A stretch of DNA of 64,000 nt from an uncultured Planctomycetales bacterium (GTDB lineage Bacteria; Omnitrophota; Gorgyraeia; Zapsychrales; JAHFFX01): assembly GCA_964612665.1 (NCBI GenBank), contig CAZTCI010000001.1, forward strand, positions 508,896 through 572,895, read 5' to 3'. The notes below the pieces were generated by a model, which was not told the origin of the DNA, searched no databases, and worked only from the letters and a program-made list of their open reading frames with translations. A program made the position numbers and the translations under genes. This document shows positions 1 to 15,000 of this stretch, one piece after another. Within the stretch, counting starts at the first letter, position 1; every line of letters starts with the position of its first letter.

Positions 1-3000
1 ATGCAGCACACTTCCTAAACTGTAGTAATTGGGAAGCGGTCGCGTTAAAACAGCGGTCAAGAGACCTTCGACCCAGGCGAGGCGAATGTCGACGTGCTCT
101 GTTAAAGAAGTGATTTGATAACCAGGCTGGCTTTTAATAAATTCCCACTGCTGCTTGATTTGACGCACAAATGAAACGACGCGGTCAAACACCGACTTGA
201 TTTCGCCAGCTATATTGTCGTGCTGTCTTTTAATTGTTTCGTTGATCTCTTTAATTAAGTCCATTAGGTTTTCATAACTGAACTCTTCTTTAATGGCCAA
301 TGAACTTTCTCTTTGAGTGGCAGCATCAGTTATCTCATCCCAATAAGACTGCACAGTTTCAGTAATAAGCTCCAGGGCGTTTCTCACATCATGCAAGCTG
401 AATAGCATTACTGCTTCAGTTTCTTTACCTTCTTCTTTATTCTCCGACGGAGGGATCTCCTCTCCAAAAAGACCGGCCACCAAATTACAGAGTCTTTCTC
501 GTCCAGCGATCTTCGGAATACGGATGACCTTACCTTTATAATCTTGGTTAGGTTCAACTTCAGTCCAGTATAAAGAATCTGTAATACCATACCCTCTAAA
601 ATCATAAGCCAGGATATCGTCGTCTTCACCACTTCGAATGATCATGGGATTAGGGAATCCGATTCTTTTCATTTCCACAATCAATTCAATGCCCGCATTA
701 TTCTTTCCCATCTGATTATCCGTCAACAATAAGTCAACGAGTTTTCCTTCTGCCAAAAGCTGATGATACGTTGATAAAGCCTTTTCCTTGTTGGCAGCCG
801 TATATACTTGATAACCTCTTTGTATTAAATCATTGGATATTGTCTCAAGCACGTCTTCGTCGTCGTCAACCAGCAAAATTAAGCGTTTATACGCCTGAAC
901 ATTGGGAGTTAAAATGGATAAAAGAACAATCATCATTAACCAATCTAACGACACAAAAATGCCTAATGTGGCTCTGGACTCCACTCGCGTTGAATTCTCC
1001 AACCCATTGAACCACCGTTCGACAATTAGCTCGAAATTCCGCAGTTTCGGATCGAATTGCGCTCTCATTTGGATCAGAAGCGATTGGATTTCCTCAATAT
1101 CTCTGAGCGAATTCATTCTAAAATCGGCTTCAAGAATTTTTCGTAAGGAATCAATTAGATATTGTTTCCCATCGGGGATAAAGGCCTTAAGTAATTCTAC
1201 GATTCTGGTCCTCGAGAATCCTCTATTCATCAAGCGCAAAACATGTTGGTTATTTAAAAAGGCCACAATATTAATTGCCGCAAGAATGTCGACATCTTCT
1301 AGGAGGAAAAGCATTTCGTTTAGTGAAATAAATTGCCCGGCTATTCTTAAATGCCAACTGAAAGAAGTCTTAAATTCTTCTTTTCTCGGCAGGCGATCCG
1401 CTTTATTTACAATCCGCATAAAACGCGCCAGCGAATTGATGCCCATTAGATAACCATCAAACGGTCCTTGTTTTAAGAGTTGCATTGCGAATATATCAGT
1501 CAAAAACTGCGGCGTAAGATCCTTTGTGTCCGTCGTCGAATAAAGTGGAGAGCTACGATTGAAAAGCTCTCGAAGGAACTCATAATAGGACAACACATTT
1601 TTCTGAATGTCCTGATAATCAGAAACTCCCGCATCAACAGCCAGCGCCACGGCCTGGCCAAGCAAAGCCAAGTACTGCGGCTGGCTGATTCCGACGGGTT
1701 CAGTGAGTCTCCATAAATCAGAAATTAGCGTGTCGACACTTACTGGAATATTATCTACCCCAATTATGTGCTTGAATCGATTGAAGCTGGCAGCGACCAG
1801 ATTCTCATCGTTCCTAGATTTATCCAACCAAACTTTCTGCCACTTTTCAACCGATGAGAAGAATTCCACCTGAACAGCCGCAGGTTGTCCAATATCAGCA
1901 TCTAAATTCTCCTCGAGAATACGACCGTTGCTCAACACCAAATAATTAACAGGAAGCATTCGGATATAATCCAAATACATCAAACGATCCTCATCCCTAA
2001 AATCTTCAATCGCCGGTTCGATGAGAATGATTTGGATCGGTACTTTGAGACCAAACACCGCCTGCATGAGGGCAATAGCAAACTTCTTAAAAATGCAGTC
2101 AAATGCGGTACTGCCGATCAAAAAGACAGTCAATTTCTTGGAGTCTCGCTCTTGATTTTCAATTAAAGATTTCAAAAACTGGGCGGTTGAATGTCGCGAA
2201 TTGCTTGCGTGCCAGCGCTGAATTATGCGGTCAGGGCCGACGGGAGGATTCTCCGATTCGATGGCCGAGGAGAGAATTTTGCAAGGTTGCTGTGCCACTG
2301 AAAGTTCTTTCACGTCAACCGTTTTTTGATTCCACAAAATGGAACGTAAAAGATTGCCTGCTATTTTTGCGGCACTTCCTTTTGGCGAAGCCGAATAATC
2401 ATTAACAACATCGATTCCAATGCCCCGTACCGCCGCGATAGCTCCTACTGATACGAACAAGCCTGTCACAGCGCTTAAAACTGTCGGCAAAATCTGCGCC
2501 AGCATCCATAGGAAGAAGGTTAGAATATCACCGTGGGGTAAAACGATCATTTCATAACTTTCTTCATCCGACGACATAAATAGTTCTTGACCTTCCAACT
2601 CTTCTTCTAACGATGACAGCCCTTGAAACTCCTGCGTCAGATGTTCCCAGCTAAGTGGTATCTGTCTTTCTTGTGCCTGTATCATGACCAACTTTGCTTT
2701 TTCTTCATCCACACCTAATTGTTGAGCCAGGGCTTTGGGATTATTAATTAGCTCGTACCATTGTTTTTCTGTTACTTGTTTTTGCAAACGCCAGTAGCGA
2801 AGTAATTCTTGGGAGTGACCAAATTTCGCTTCCAATAAGCGTTTAACCACGTTTCTAAAAACAGCTATTACCATGTTATAAGTTAACGCGCCTAGGGCCA
2901 TGAGATAAAATGAGAAATGGAAAGAATAAACTGCTTTTGCTTTTGCTTTTGCTTTATCTTTATCCATCTTGAACTCTGCATCGGTAAATGCCAGCAAATC

Positions 3001-6000
3001 TGTGAATATAGAAATTCTGACTTGCCATTGACTGGAAAGTTTATTCCACGCTGTTGGCTTGCCATCAAATGTAATGATTGATGGCAATTCGTAAGATTGG
3101 CCCTGGACTTCTGAAATCCAATATTGTCGTATCCGGGATTTACCGAGAAATGTTTCGTCACTTCCAACAACAACGAGTTCTTCGATCAGTAATATTTCGA
3201 TAAAAACTCCCTTATCTTTCGCATAATCCATAATAATAGCGGCGGCATTCAAGAGACAATCGCCATATTTCCCGCCGAGCAGAACAACCTGAATACCGTT
3301 TTCTTGGAGAAGGAGATCTAAGAATTTATAAATACGCTGACGGTCTTCTTTAGAAGATTCATGAATTTTTTCGGGCTTGGGTTCTTCTAATTCTTGAACT
3401 ACGATCCCACGCTTTTTTAATAAAGTAACCAAAGATTTAAAAATCGGCTGCATCTCTCTTCCCAAATCACCAGAAACGCTACGATAATCCCTAACTTCGA
3501 AAATTCCAATTGTGAGAGACCTGATTCGATTTATAGCTACAAAAGATTCTTGAGATGATGTGTATTGATTTCGGCGTTTTTGTCGTTGAATAATAATAAA
3601 CTTGCCAAATTCAAAGATAACTATGCCCAAAATAATACTAACCATTCCCACAGTAAATCCCAACATCCCGGCCGTTTCTTTGGTGGCCTTTAAATAAATA
3701 ACATCCGCCGATAAATCTTTATGACCACCCACATTGATAATCATCTGCTGTTCATACGCTAAAGAAAGCGCGGCCGCTTCGTTGATTTCAAATCCGGCGG
3801 ATTTGACCTGAGCGATCAGTTGGTCTTTAAGTTCGCCGAGCGGACCAAAGGATTCTTCAATCATTTCACCATTGAAGGAGACGAGATGTTTAGTTGCCTT
3901 AATAATATGTATTTCACCTCCATGGGAAAGGACGTTATAAACCTCAGATAAAACTATGGACGGCCTCGTCGATTCAAGCACGAAACTAAGCAAGGCCACA
4001 TCAAACGTCTCTGGCGCAAACGACAAATGCTGGGCGTCTCCATTCACCCAGAGACCATCGCTTACTGTGTGTTGCACGATGCGTATCTTTGAGAAATTAT
4101 TATCTAATCCAACAACGACATTCCCCTGTCTTCTTAACTTACCGGCGATGCCGCCGGAACCAGTACCTACATCCAAAATACGATGACCGCTCCCAATTTC
4201 CTGCAGATACCAAAACGAGAGCATAAAAGAATTATTAATAGTGTGCCGCAACAAATCCTCCAACGTTATGATGATGGGCTTACGCACGGCGGCAACAGAG
4301 ATCATTACTACAAGCAGCATCCATTTTATTAATCCGACGAACCAGATCATCGAAATCAAAGAATAAATATCTACATACAGCGAATTATATTGGCCTTGTT
4401 TATAATGTTCATTCGCACGCCTGATCAATTCTTCATGGATCCGATCACCAATCGGAATCATCCCTCGCCGGTGATTATCGGCCAAATATCCGAGCGCCTC
4501 TGCCAATGTTTGCGCGGCGATGCCGAAAAATAGGCGGACATCATTTGTGCCCATTATGCGGGCCGCGGGATTGGGCGCTGGGGGTTTTTCACGCGCGATA
4601 AACTGGCGGATTTCTTCCAGGACATTGAAGACTTCGGTGAGTTGTTTGAGTGTCTTGACCGATAAATGCGGTTGCGGTTCAACAAAGACAATTGAGTTGA
4701 CCAAGGCCAGCAGATGGTTTTGAATTTGATATGCATAATTATCCAGGTCTTTTATATTGGTCTGCTCGGCAACATGCATTTCATAATCTAAATCTTGATT
4801 AGGAAGATCAAGGATTTTGATCGACAACAGCCCTTTGTGTTGCATCTGTTCCAAAGCCGTGTACAAGGCGGCCATTGATTCCATGAAACCTTCACCCGAC
4901 GGAATATAAGTTTGATTCTTTAATTTCGGACCTTCGCTTCTCTTATCTTTCTTGGGCACAGACTCTTTCTGCGTGTAAGGTAAGAAAACGGCGCCTAATT
5001 TTTGGTTGTCTTTCTTGCCATAAAGGAAAAATTCAATCGCCAGCTGCGGAAAGACCCGGACCGTTTTGGGCAAAGCATCAATAGAAAATCTTTGTATTGT
5101 GACGTCCGCTTTCTTAATCGAGACATACTTGGGGTCCTTAAAGAAAATGACCGCTTCTCCATAATCCGTTGAAATCAGGAACTCAACCTTTTCGCCGGCT
5201 GCAAGATTTTGCTCAACCGCTTTCAAATTGATCGTCAATTCAGACTGGGAATTCTGTTCAAGTACTTCTTGTTGGGAGATCGGCTGTCGTCGAGGATGAT
5301 AAGAAGCAACGTCGAATGAACTTCCTTCCAGCAGCATAAGGATAGTTACGACCAAATAGATATTTTTGAAAAGTTGGAATGAAGATTTAAAGCGCGACGC
5401 GAAAACAGCAATTAAAACTAACACCGCGATAATTACCCAAAACTCTTGTGAATGAATAAGGGAAAAATTACTTCCCTCATCAACAGCATTCAAATCTCCA
5501 TTCTTGGCTCGAACTTCCCAAGTTTTATCAGCTTGTTGGTAAGAATTCTTTTGAATCGCCTCTCTAACTCTTTGAGTCAAATCATTTTCGTCGATGCCGC
5601 CAACGTCGATCCAATTCACGAAGGCAGCAATAATATGCTCCTGAAATTCCTCCGAACTTGCCGACATCCTCACTCCGATTTCCATAAATTCTTTGGCCGC
5701 CCTTTTGAGTTCTTCAATGGCTTGACTGCGTAATGACAAATCCTCGATGCTTCTCGCCAGCGTCCATCTCAGCTGATTGTTTAAATACCGTATGAACGTC
5801 TTTAATTTCTCCATATCTCCCTCGAGTAACTTAATTTTCCATAATTGATTGGCCAGCCGGCTGATCGTTTCAAATGCCTTTTGCCAGGTCTTTTCCGACG
5901 ATGAAAGCGAAAGACGCTCTGCCATTAAAAGCAAAGTCTCATCCAAATATTTCAACTCATTCGATGGATAAAAAAATAAATAGCTATCGTAATCATCCAT

Positions 6001-9000
6001 GCGTCCCATTGCGTGGCTATGATAAAGATCTCGCTCGGGAACAAGGGCGATATTCAAAACATAATCTCTGAACGGTGCTTTTTCATAACTGCAATTTTTT
6101 TCGTATCTAAGCCAACCATCGAGATTTTCCATCGCCATTGAAAAAGATCCACGAAGTCCCGGGTTCGCCCTCCAAGCAACGATTTTCAGTAAGAGCTCTT
6201 TCAGTTTGTGATTTTCAAGTAACCGGCCCGTCGCTTGTCCTTGCCAGTTTAGTTCTTCCACATTAAACAACATCTGCGCCAAATATTGCGGAATCGAATT
6301 TAGTCGCCCTTCGGTCCCCCAAAGATCCAGGGCATTTGTTGACTGAGGATCGTTCGAGATCGCAGGATCAAATGTTTTGAAGTCCAGCGCCTCTTTGAGC
6401 ATCCATAACGTTAGATCCTCATAAGTAAAATCGGAAAATCCGCCATTACGCAAAGACAACGGCTGCTGTAATTGTTCACTCATAACAAAATAAAGTCCGA
6501 TCAATCGTCGGAGGCCTTGAATCAGCGGCGGGAAGTCAATCGGATAAGTTCTTTCTTTATCAAAGTGCATTCCAATTGTTCGCACATGCAACAAAAAGAA
6601 TATCGATGTCCAGGCGGTTAACCATTGTTCTTTCAGTTGTCCACCTGCCCAAAACCACATTCGTCGGGTTCCTATTTCAAATGGTTCGACATCCTCAAGC
6701 GAAGCCAAGCGCACAATATCCTGATTGGGATGACCATACTTTGATAACCAGCCTCTGGCTTTCCAATACCGACGCAGACAATCGCCGATCAATGAAAGCT
6801 CTTGCTCCGAAAGTGGGAGCAAATGACCATCTCCTGTCTCACTATCCATTCTTTCAGAAGTAGCATTCACAATTAGATAACCTAAGAGCTTTGTGAAACG
6901 TTGACTCTCGTGAGTGAGAGAATCAAAAATGGTTGAAGCATTAGCATTATGCAGGCTATACAAAACATATCTTCTCTGCTTTTCGTTATAATGTTCCGTA
7001 TTCAAATCTATCTTAGAATCTAACGTAAATTCCCACGCAGGTGGAAGTAACATGCCTTGCGAATTGATATACCCTAGTTGAACAAGATCATTAAATAACT
7101 GTGGCAAGTCTTTGTCAGGAACAATCCCCTTAAAACTTTTCAAGCTTACCGCATCATATTGATCGAGGAGGTTTGTCAGTGTTTCGATCCATTGCGCAAC
7201 GGGCCGCGATGTATTCTGAGCATTGGAATCAGTTAAAGTAACTTTCTGCTGTCTGACTGAGAGACGACGCCAGAAACTCTCTCCCCATGACAACTTCAGC
7301 ATCATCAAAATCCCGAAGACAATCAGCGCAAGCCATCCCCAACTTCCTTCCGCACCCGTCGTTGGCCAGAGAATCAGATGGCTGCTCAATTCATTTCCCG
7401 ACGCTGATTGAGCACTCAACATCACGATCCCCATCGCAGCGGCAATCATTCCGCCGCGCAGGCGTCCCCAAAATCCTCGTACTAAGCGAATTGCTAACGT
7501 AACAACGAGACCCGCAGTAATGACGGTCAATAATCGATTGAGAATAGATTGCAAAAGGTTTGAAAAAATAGGGTTGTGCTGCAGGAAGGAAAGAAGCGGA
7601 GTATCTTTTTTGCCGACGGGCGGGGCGTTGGGCTGCATCTTAGCATAGTGCCACACAATCAAAATACTAACGCCAATTAAAATCAATAGATATTGCACGA
7701 GTGAGTAGGTGTCCATGTTGAAAATGTTATTTGTTTTAGTCTCCCGATCAAAACCTCCATCCCGTTCGGCGAGCATCAGAAAAGCCGTCTCGGCGATGTG
7801 CATGTCGCTGATGCCGTGATGCAGATAGATTTTATGCACGCTGCGCGTCGAAAGACCGTTTCTGACGAGGCCCAGGTCCCAAACGCCCTGTCCTAACCGC
7901 AACCGATCACCGATTCCAGCGAGAAACTCCGGCGATGCATCCGCGACGGTAACAACCGGGGTGAACTTCCGTTCAGTCTTTGGAATTAATTTTTCTAATT
8001 GTTCGAATAGATTTTCTCTTCCTAACCGTCCAAGAAGAAGATTGGGGCTCGTCACCACAATCACATTGGCGTAAATGGGATAATTTTTATGAAGTTTCAA
8101 AAGCTCGTCGGACGCGGACAAGGCGGCCTGGACCATAGGACCGATGGCGACGATGTTAACCACATTGTCATCGGGATGGTAATCAGGAAGATGGCTGTAA
8201 TCGACGAGCCGGTAACCGCCTTTGAGAATTTCTGGGCCGAGACGCTTGATGGCGGCGGGTTCATTAAGGCCGGAATAAGTTTTCTGTTCCCGCAACCGCC
8301 GGAACAATCCGCTGCGTTCAACCAACAGGCTCGATGCGCGGATATACACGGCGTTACGCCCGTGGTCATGGCCGGTCAACATAAGTTCAAAGGTTTTTTT
8401 CAATATATAATCTAACTCGTCAAGAAAAGCCGGTTCCCACATAACCGTGTTGGGCATCGCCCGGCCGATGTCCGCCGAGACACTCGATTGATGTTGAGCA
8501 CCGTCGGTGGCCAGCGTTGGGCCGGACGGTGTTCCGACAGCAATAAATTGTGAACCCCAGTACTGGGCGTAAAAAAATTGATCCAGCGCCCGGCGGAATA
8601 AAAACATATCATAGATCGTAACAACCGGAATCAAACGCACGCCAAACAAATCATAAGCCTTGCCAAAAGCCGCCGCCAAGGTCACGGCGTTCATTTCTGT
8701 AATGCCAATGCGTAAATGATTTCCCGCAAATGAATCGGCGCTGACAACACCTTGAGTGGCGCCAGGAGCAATCATTCCCGTAGATGATCCAACATCCGGA
8801 GAAATCGTGACCAACCGCGGCGCTATTTTCTGCCAGAAGCGATCGTCTTCGGAAAGGTCCGCCGCCGCCGATTGACTGAGTAGACCTTTCACCCTATTAA
8901 TCGACATACCCAGATATGTCTGCGTTGGAATTCTCCCGCGGGCCGGTGAATAAAGTTTTTCCGGCCAGATTTGATTCTTTAATTCTGCTTCAAACGCCGC

Positions 9001-12000
9001 GCGGTTTGCATCGATCATTTGCTGCGCTTCGGCGGCTTCATGATCTAAACGTGAACGGACATTCTTAAGTGTCTTAAACTCGACGGAAGTTTCATTGAAA
9101 TTGGGGAATGGATTATCTTGCGGCATGCCTAATTCGTTACGGACCTGCGCCAATTCTTCGGGAGTCAATAACTGCGAATGGTTTCCTTCCTGACCAATCA
9201 TCGGTCTTAGACCCCAGCCTTTGATCGTATGCGCAATAATTACCGTCGGGCGATCGCTGGCGCGGGCTTCGCTCAAGGCTTTGATTAACTCAACCAAATC
9301 ATGGCCGCCCAAATCGGTAAAGAGCTCATAGATTTTTTCATCGCTGTATTTCTTCAAGAACCGCTTTATTGGCCTTTTCCTTTCCAAAGAGAGTTTCTTA
9401 TTCTTATCATCCAAGGGAAAAGGCCTAATATTGACTTTTGTTTCTTCCTTTGGATTCACAAAAGTCAATAAAGAAGAACGTTGTTCGATCATCCAAGCGC
9501 GGATTCCGGCGCCGTTTTGAGCGGAAAGATTTTGGTAAACTTTCTGGTCGATTGTTTCCATAACTTTCCTAAAGACACTTCCCCCTCGTCGGGCAAAAGC
9601 CGCTTGCAATTTTCGGCCCCAGCGCAGTTCAACGACTTGCCATCCAGCCGCCGCGTACATTCCGCGCAGTTGATCCAATTTCCAGTTTTCGGTATTTCCG
9701 TCGAGTGATTGGCGGTTGTAATCGACAATATGCGTCACGCGGTCCAAGTTAAATTCTTTCACTAACGTCAGAATCTCCCGCAGGTTTCCTTCTTCAGATT
9801 CAGCATCACCCAAGACCGCGAAGAAATGCGAATCAGAAACCGCATGGCCATGCGCCTTGAGCCATTTCCAAACAACGTTAAGTGCTAAGGCAACCGCCGG
9901 CCCTATGCCAACCGAGCCCGTCGGAATTTTGACGCCGTCCGGGTCCGCCATTCCCGGATACGCGTGCAGGCCTGGTTTGTCTAATTCATCCGTGTTGACT
10001 TCCGGATGCTTGGCGATGAAGGCGGCTTTTAATTCTTCAAGTTCTTTTAAGACTTCTGGCGCAAGACGGCCCCTGATATCTTCAGCCCTGAAATCAACCG
10101 GCAGCCGGACAGCGTTATCACGCAAACGATAAAGTGTATCGACGGGTAATCGACCTAAAAGATATTGAATGGCATGATACACCGGCGCGGCGTGCGGTTT
10201 GTGGGCGACAAAATCATGACCGCGCATGACAGCCAGCTCGAGGGCGATCATAATGTGCAATGCAGACGCGGATGCAGCCTGGTGCCCGCCGGTTTTAGGC
10301 AGTTCATATTTAATTTTATTGGCTTCATCAATTTCACCGATTGAAATCCCAAGCGCCCGACGGGCGATGCTTTCTAAAGCTTCGATGTCCTTCGGTGCAA
10401 ATCCTTCCGGAATTTTATCATTTCTATTTCGGGGAGGCCGGTGTCCGGATGAGCTCATTGCAACAATCATCATCGTGGACAAGAACAACGCAGCCACATG
10501 TCCACCTACGAAGTAGGACACAGCCAATAGTCCATCCAGTGCCAGCGCGATGAGGACAAGCGCAGTTGCAAATACGGTGGAGAGGTTTTGATCTGAGCAT
10601 TCTTTTATTCCATTTTTTGTTTTTTTGGTTTCCTGAGCTGAAAACTTTTTCCACCAGGCAAACGTTTCACTCAAACCCGTCCCAATATTCTTTTGTCGTC
10701 TCAACTTGTTGACAATCAAAATGATTAATGTTATGTTGGCGTCGAAAAGATCATTGATCAATAATTGCGTGGCCCTCTTTGAAAGATGGGAGAATCGTAA
10801 GTGAAGATCTGGGAATTTGAATGGGACAACTGGAATATTGAGCATATTGCTAAACATTCCGTAAAATCTCAAGAGGTAGAAGAAGCTTGTTATCGCCGCC
10901 ACGTCGCTAAGAAAACTAAAGATGACATTTATCTTGTCTATGGTCAAACGTATTCTGGCCGTTATCTTTTCATCGTTATTAAATATAAATCTAAAGGAAT
11001 TGTTTACCCTATAACCGCTCGAGACATGACTGATTCTGAGCAGAGATTCTTCCTTAAACGGAGGTAACATATGATTAAGAAGTCTTCTGTAATCCCAAAA
11101 TTTAAGAATGTCGCCGATGCGGCTGAATTCTTCGATCAACATGATACGACCCAGTTTCTCGACGAATTGCAACCAGCGCATCTTAAGTTCCCTAAGCCCA
11201 AGCATCTTTTGATCACCTTGAAACCTAAACAAATAACGAGGCTCAGACGCTTGGCCGACAAAATGGGTAAACCTTCCGATCAAATTGTTGAGCAATGGAT
11301 CACCCAAAAACTTGCCGAAGGGTAATGATCTGCCCAATGTGGCACGGCTCAATTTCTTTACAATCTCTTTAAAAACGCCTTTCGCTTTATCTGAGGATTT
11401 GGTTCGAATCGTCAGTATCAACAGCAACACATCAACGGCCAACACAAGGAACATCAAATGTAATCCCGGTCCCGGAACAAAATATCCTTTAAACACAACC
11501 ACCGGACGTTCCTCATCAGGCAGAAAACCTAATTCCTCGCGGATCTCCTCGGGAGATATTCTTAAAATATGTATGGGCTGAGGATGATCTTCAAAATATT
11601 TTAAGAACAGGCTTGTAATCGTTTGTCCGTTATCAGAAGCAATATGAAGACGGCCCAGAATAAAAAACGTGTCTTTAGCAGCTTTTCGGCCGCGCGATAA
11701 GATATTGATCATATTGGGGAACATGAATGGTTCCCTTAGGTCAATAGCGAATCTAAAGTTCTCCGAGACATTGATCCCTTTCAAAATTTCTTGAACAGCG
11801 GGCTCGGCCTGGCCGACGACATGATTTTCGCGTTTGGCTCTGGCCATGAGGGCTTTTATAAAAACAACAGTCAAATCACGCCAAGTTGTCAAGTCTTTAA
11901 GCATGTCCGCTGAGTTATCCGGGGGCAATGTTACGATCGCGGAAAAAACGAGACTGTTCCGGGTGTTGTAATAAAGAGAAATGCGTCTGTATAACGTTGT

Positions 12001-15000
12001 AACAGGGTGCATATAGCCGGGAGGTAACCATTGGGCCAAATCCTGCCACGTGGGAAGGATGAACAAATTCAACGCAGAATGAATAAATCCTCTTTTTAGC
12101 GATTGCAGTTTATCTAAAGAAACCTTCGAAGGGTCGGACAGCCATTGTTCATATTGCAGATAGTCATCTAATCGGGTGGCCAATTCATAACTCAAAATCT
12201 CCTCGACGCCAAACAAATGTCCTTTGGTACTACGGTTAAAATGGGTCGACACATACCACAGTTCGTCTTCTTTAAACCGGGCCACTCCTTCGACACCCGC
12301 AAAGATTTTCTTGCGTGCGGCCAGGAGATGGATCTCTTCTCTAAATAATTCATGCTCGGGATTGGTATGGTTTTCCCCGATTAAAAACAATCGCGGTGCG
12401 GATTCGGGTTTCAGGCGGACAGCGAGGAAAATTAATGTGCTCAATAAAAACGTCAGGTTTAAACTATTATCGAAACCATGGACGGCAATAAAGAAGCTCT
12501 TGAAATTTTCAGTCTTTTCCAATTTTCTTGACGACAATTCTTTATTGATCTTGTTGCGTTCTGATGACACATAGGCCAGGACAGCATCCAAAAATTTTCG
12601 ATGGATTGAATCTGTGGGTTTTACAATACGGCCATATTCCGCATATAACGATACAGCTTTATCAAAGGAAACTTCCCAACGGAAGCTGACAGTCTTTTGC
12701 CAAACAATGATTTGGCCCCGCCCGACAGATGACAAGAAGGCATTGGCTTTCTCGTCCGACGGGTTTTTCCGCGCCTGCAGCAAAACACACTCTCCATTAA
12801 ATGGAGGATAAAGAACCATCCGGTAAATAAAACCCAAATCACCCCCAAATTTTTGTTTCCTAAATAAATTTTCCAGTGCCTTGAAATGATGTTGTCGGTT
12901 GGAAATATCTCCCCCTCCTTTAGGAAGATATCCGGCAGCAGCATTAATCTTTGACCAAATTGCTTGAACGGCTTTTTGTTTGACATTAAATCTTTCCGCT
13001 ATCTGTTGATCACTTAGACCTTCAACGAAACCATATAAAATATTCAATTGTTTTTCCGTAAATACTGGTTTTGCCACATCGAATTTTGGAAACGGAGGCC
13101 TCCGGTCGACAAGTCCTAACTTTCTCGCTTTTTTGATAAGTTCCCTTCGCTCCGACGTCACAGCCAACACTTTATAAAGTCTCGAAATCTTTGAGCGTAT
13201 ATTGATTGCCGGTGAACTCAGCGCCTGGCCGATCTCAATCGTAGTATTTCCTTTATTAAGCAATCTTAAGATATGAAGTTCAAGCTCACTTAGGATGAAC
13301 GCATGTTTTTTTGCGAAAAGTTGTTTAGGTTTAACCAGCCGCTCAGACGATCCGAAAATCGCCACGCGGTATTCTTCATGCTGATTGAAAAATTTCCAAA
13401 GAAGATAAGGGTAATCATTATTAAAGTCGCGGGGTCCGCTTTTAATTTCCAGATTTAAAAGTTGATGAATTTGGCTCCTTGACTTGCGGATGGTTTCGGA
13501 CCCTGTCTCAAGCTGAGCGGCAATGTCCTTGTCATTTAATCCAGCATAAAGGCCTTTTAGAATGGCTATGTGTCGCGAAGAGAGTTCTTCGACGGACGCA
13601 CAAGATTGAACGCTGCGCGCTATGGCCGCGAGGACAGCGACAAAGATAAAACTGAAATTGGATAAATAATCCGATGGATTTGTAAGGATAAAAAAGTTAT
13701 GCTCTCGCTGCAACCCTGGCAAAAGACTTTGATTATCTCTTTTACGAAAGACTTCAAAGGGTTGAACAAACATAAACTGCGCGCCCGCTGTTCCCCTGCT
13801 AGTTTTAAAAACTTCACTTTGCCTAATCTGATTATTCAACGCATCGAGCGCTTCTTTAAGCGGTTGCGAGGTAATCAAATCTTTCCAGCCTCTTAAGAAG
13901 CCTATCTGTTCGAGCGCGCCAAAGATCCATGGTTCTTCATCAAACACAATAATGGTATCACTAGACCTTAAATCCCTTAATGTATTAAGCAGCCTAACCA
14001 CGACTGGTTGATCGATCCAAAAAGTTCCTTTTAGAATAACAGTCACACTTTCTTGTCCAGCTCGACGTAGAAATTCGACAATATCATCCAGCGCGTTGTC
14101 GATGTGTAACGTTTCCTTAGGGTAAATTCTATTTAGCAAAATTTTTTCTGGCTCCATAAACTGATTCACGAATGATTGCAGCTCCTTATAAGCTCTTTGC
14201 CGGTCTTCATGGTCATAGAGCCGGTCAATTCCGAGGACCAATTGGGCCGGCAGCTCCGCCACAAAAATGTCAACGCCTATTGCGGGATAAATCCGATACG
14301 GTTTTAAGAGACCAACCGCCGCTAAGACTTCTAACTCTCGCCGCCAGGCCTCGGCCAATGGCCCATAATCAACGCTTCCCCGCGATGCCAACCGTCTGCC
14401 TTGTTCTTCAACTATCATGGAAATCGCTTGAATCTGCTGGAGAATTTCTTCTTCGGAAATTATTTTGCCTCCGGTCCGTCTTGTGCTCTTTCGTAACGCT
14501 CGAACCAAAAATATAACCAGCGCGCTAATTGAAATTAGAGCAGCTGCGGCATAAATAAAACCAGTATCAACTAACATCGACGATGATTCTGGATATTTCG
14601 CGTCATAAGTTTTCGCTAATTGATACAACGTCCGCTCTACACGGTCTTTAAGACGGAGGAATTGCCTTTCTGATAGGGTCAATGTCACCATTATCTCTGG
14701 CCAGGAGCATGTCAGAATATGATTATTATTGTTTTTCTCAGCGAAATCACTTTGGCTTGTATCACTGACCGCATCCATAAGGACTTCCAGTTCTAATAGC
14801 GCTTTGACAATTATCTGACTTGTTTCTTCACCTCGACGATAAACATCGGTCATATCTTGTTTGGTTGGCTCCAACCTTTCATCCGTTGAAGGTTCCGGAA
14901 CATTTTCAAGTTCCGTCTCAAAATCAAAAACTTGCTGCTCCAGTTCTCTTCCCTTCTTAACAGCCCAATCCAAGACCGACGCTTTATAAAACAAAAGTAC

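Noticed and set aside
10650-11400. brnTA as an intergenic island separating two large minus-strand genes, with one ending near 11,330 and another starting near 10,650.
   Set aside because: Continuous manual translation of the minus frame from 11400 to 10500 shows no stop and no phase change. The frame runs through the antisense of both TA genes and into the TM helix preceding the AceE-like domain.
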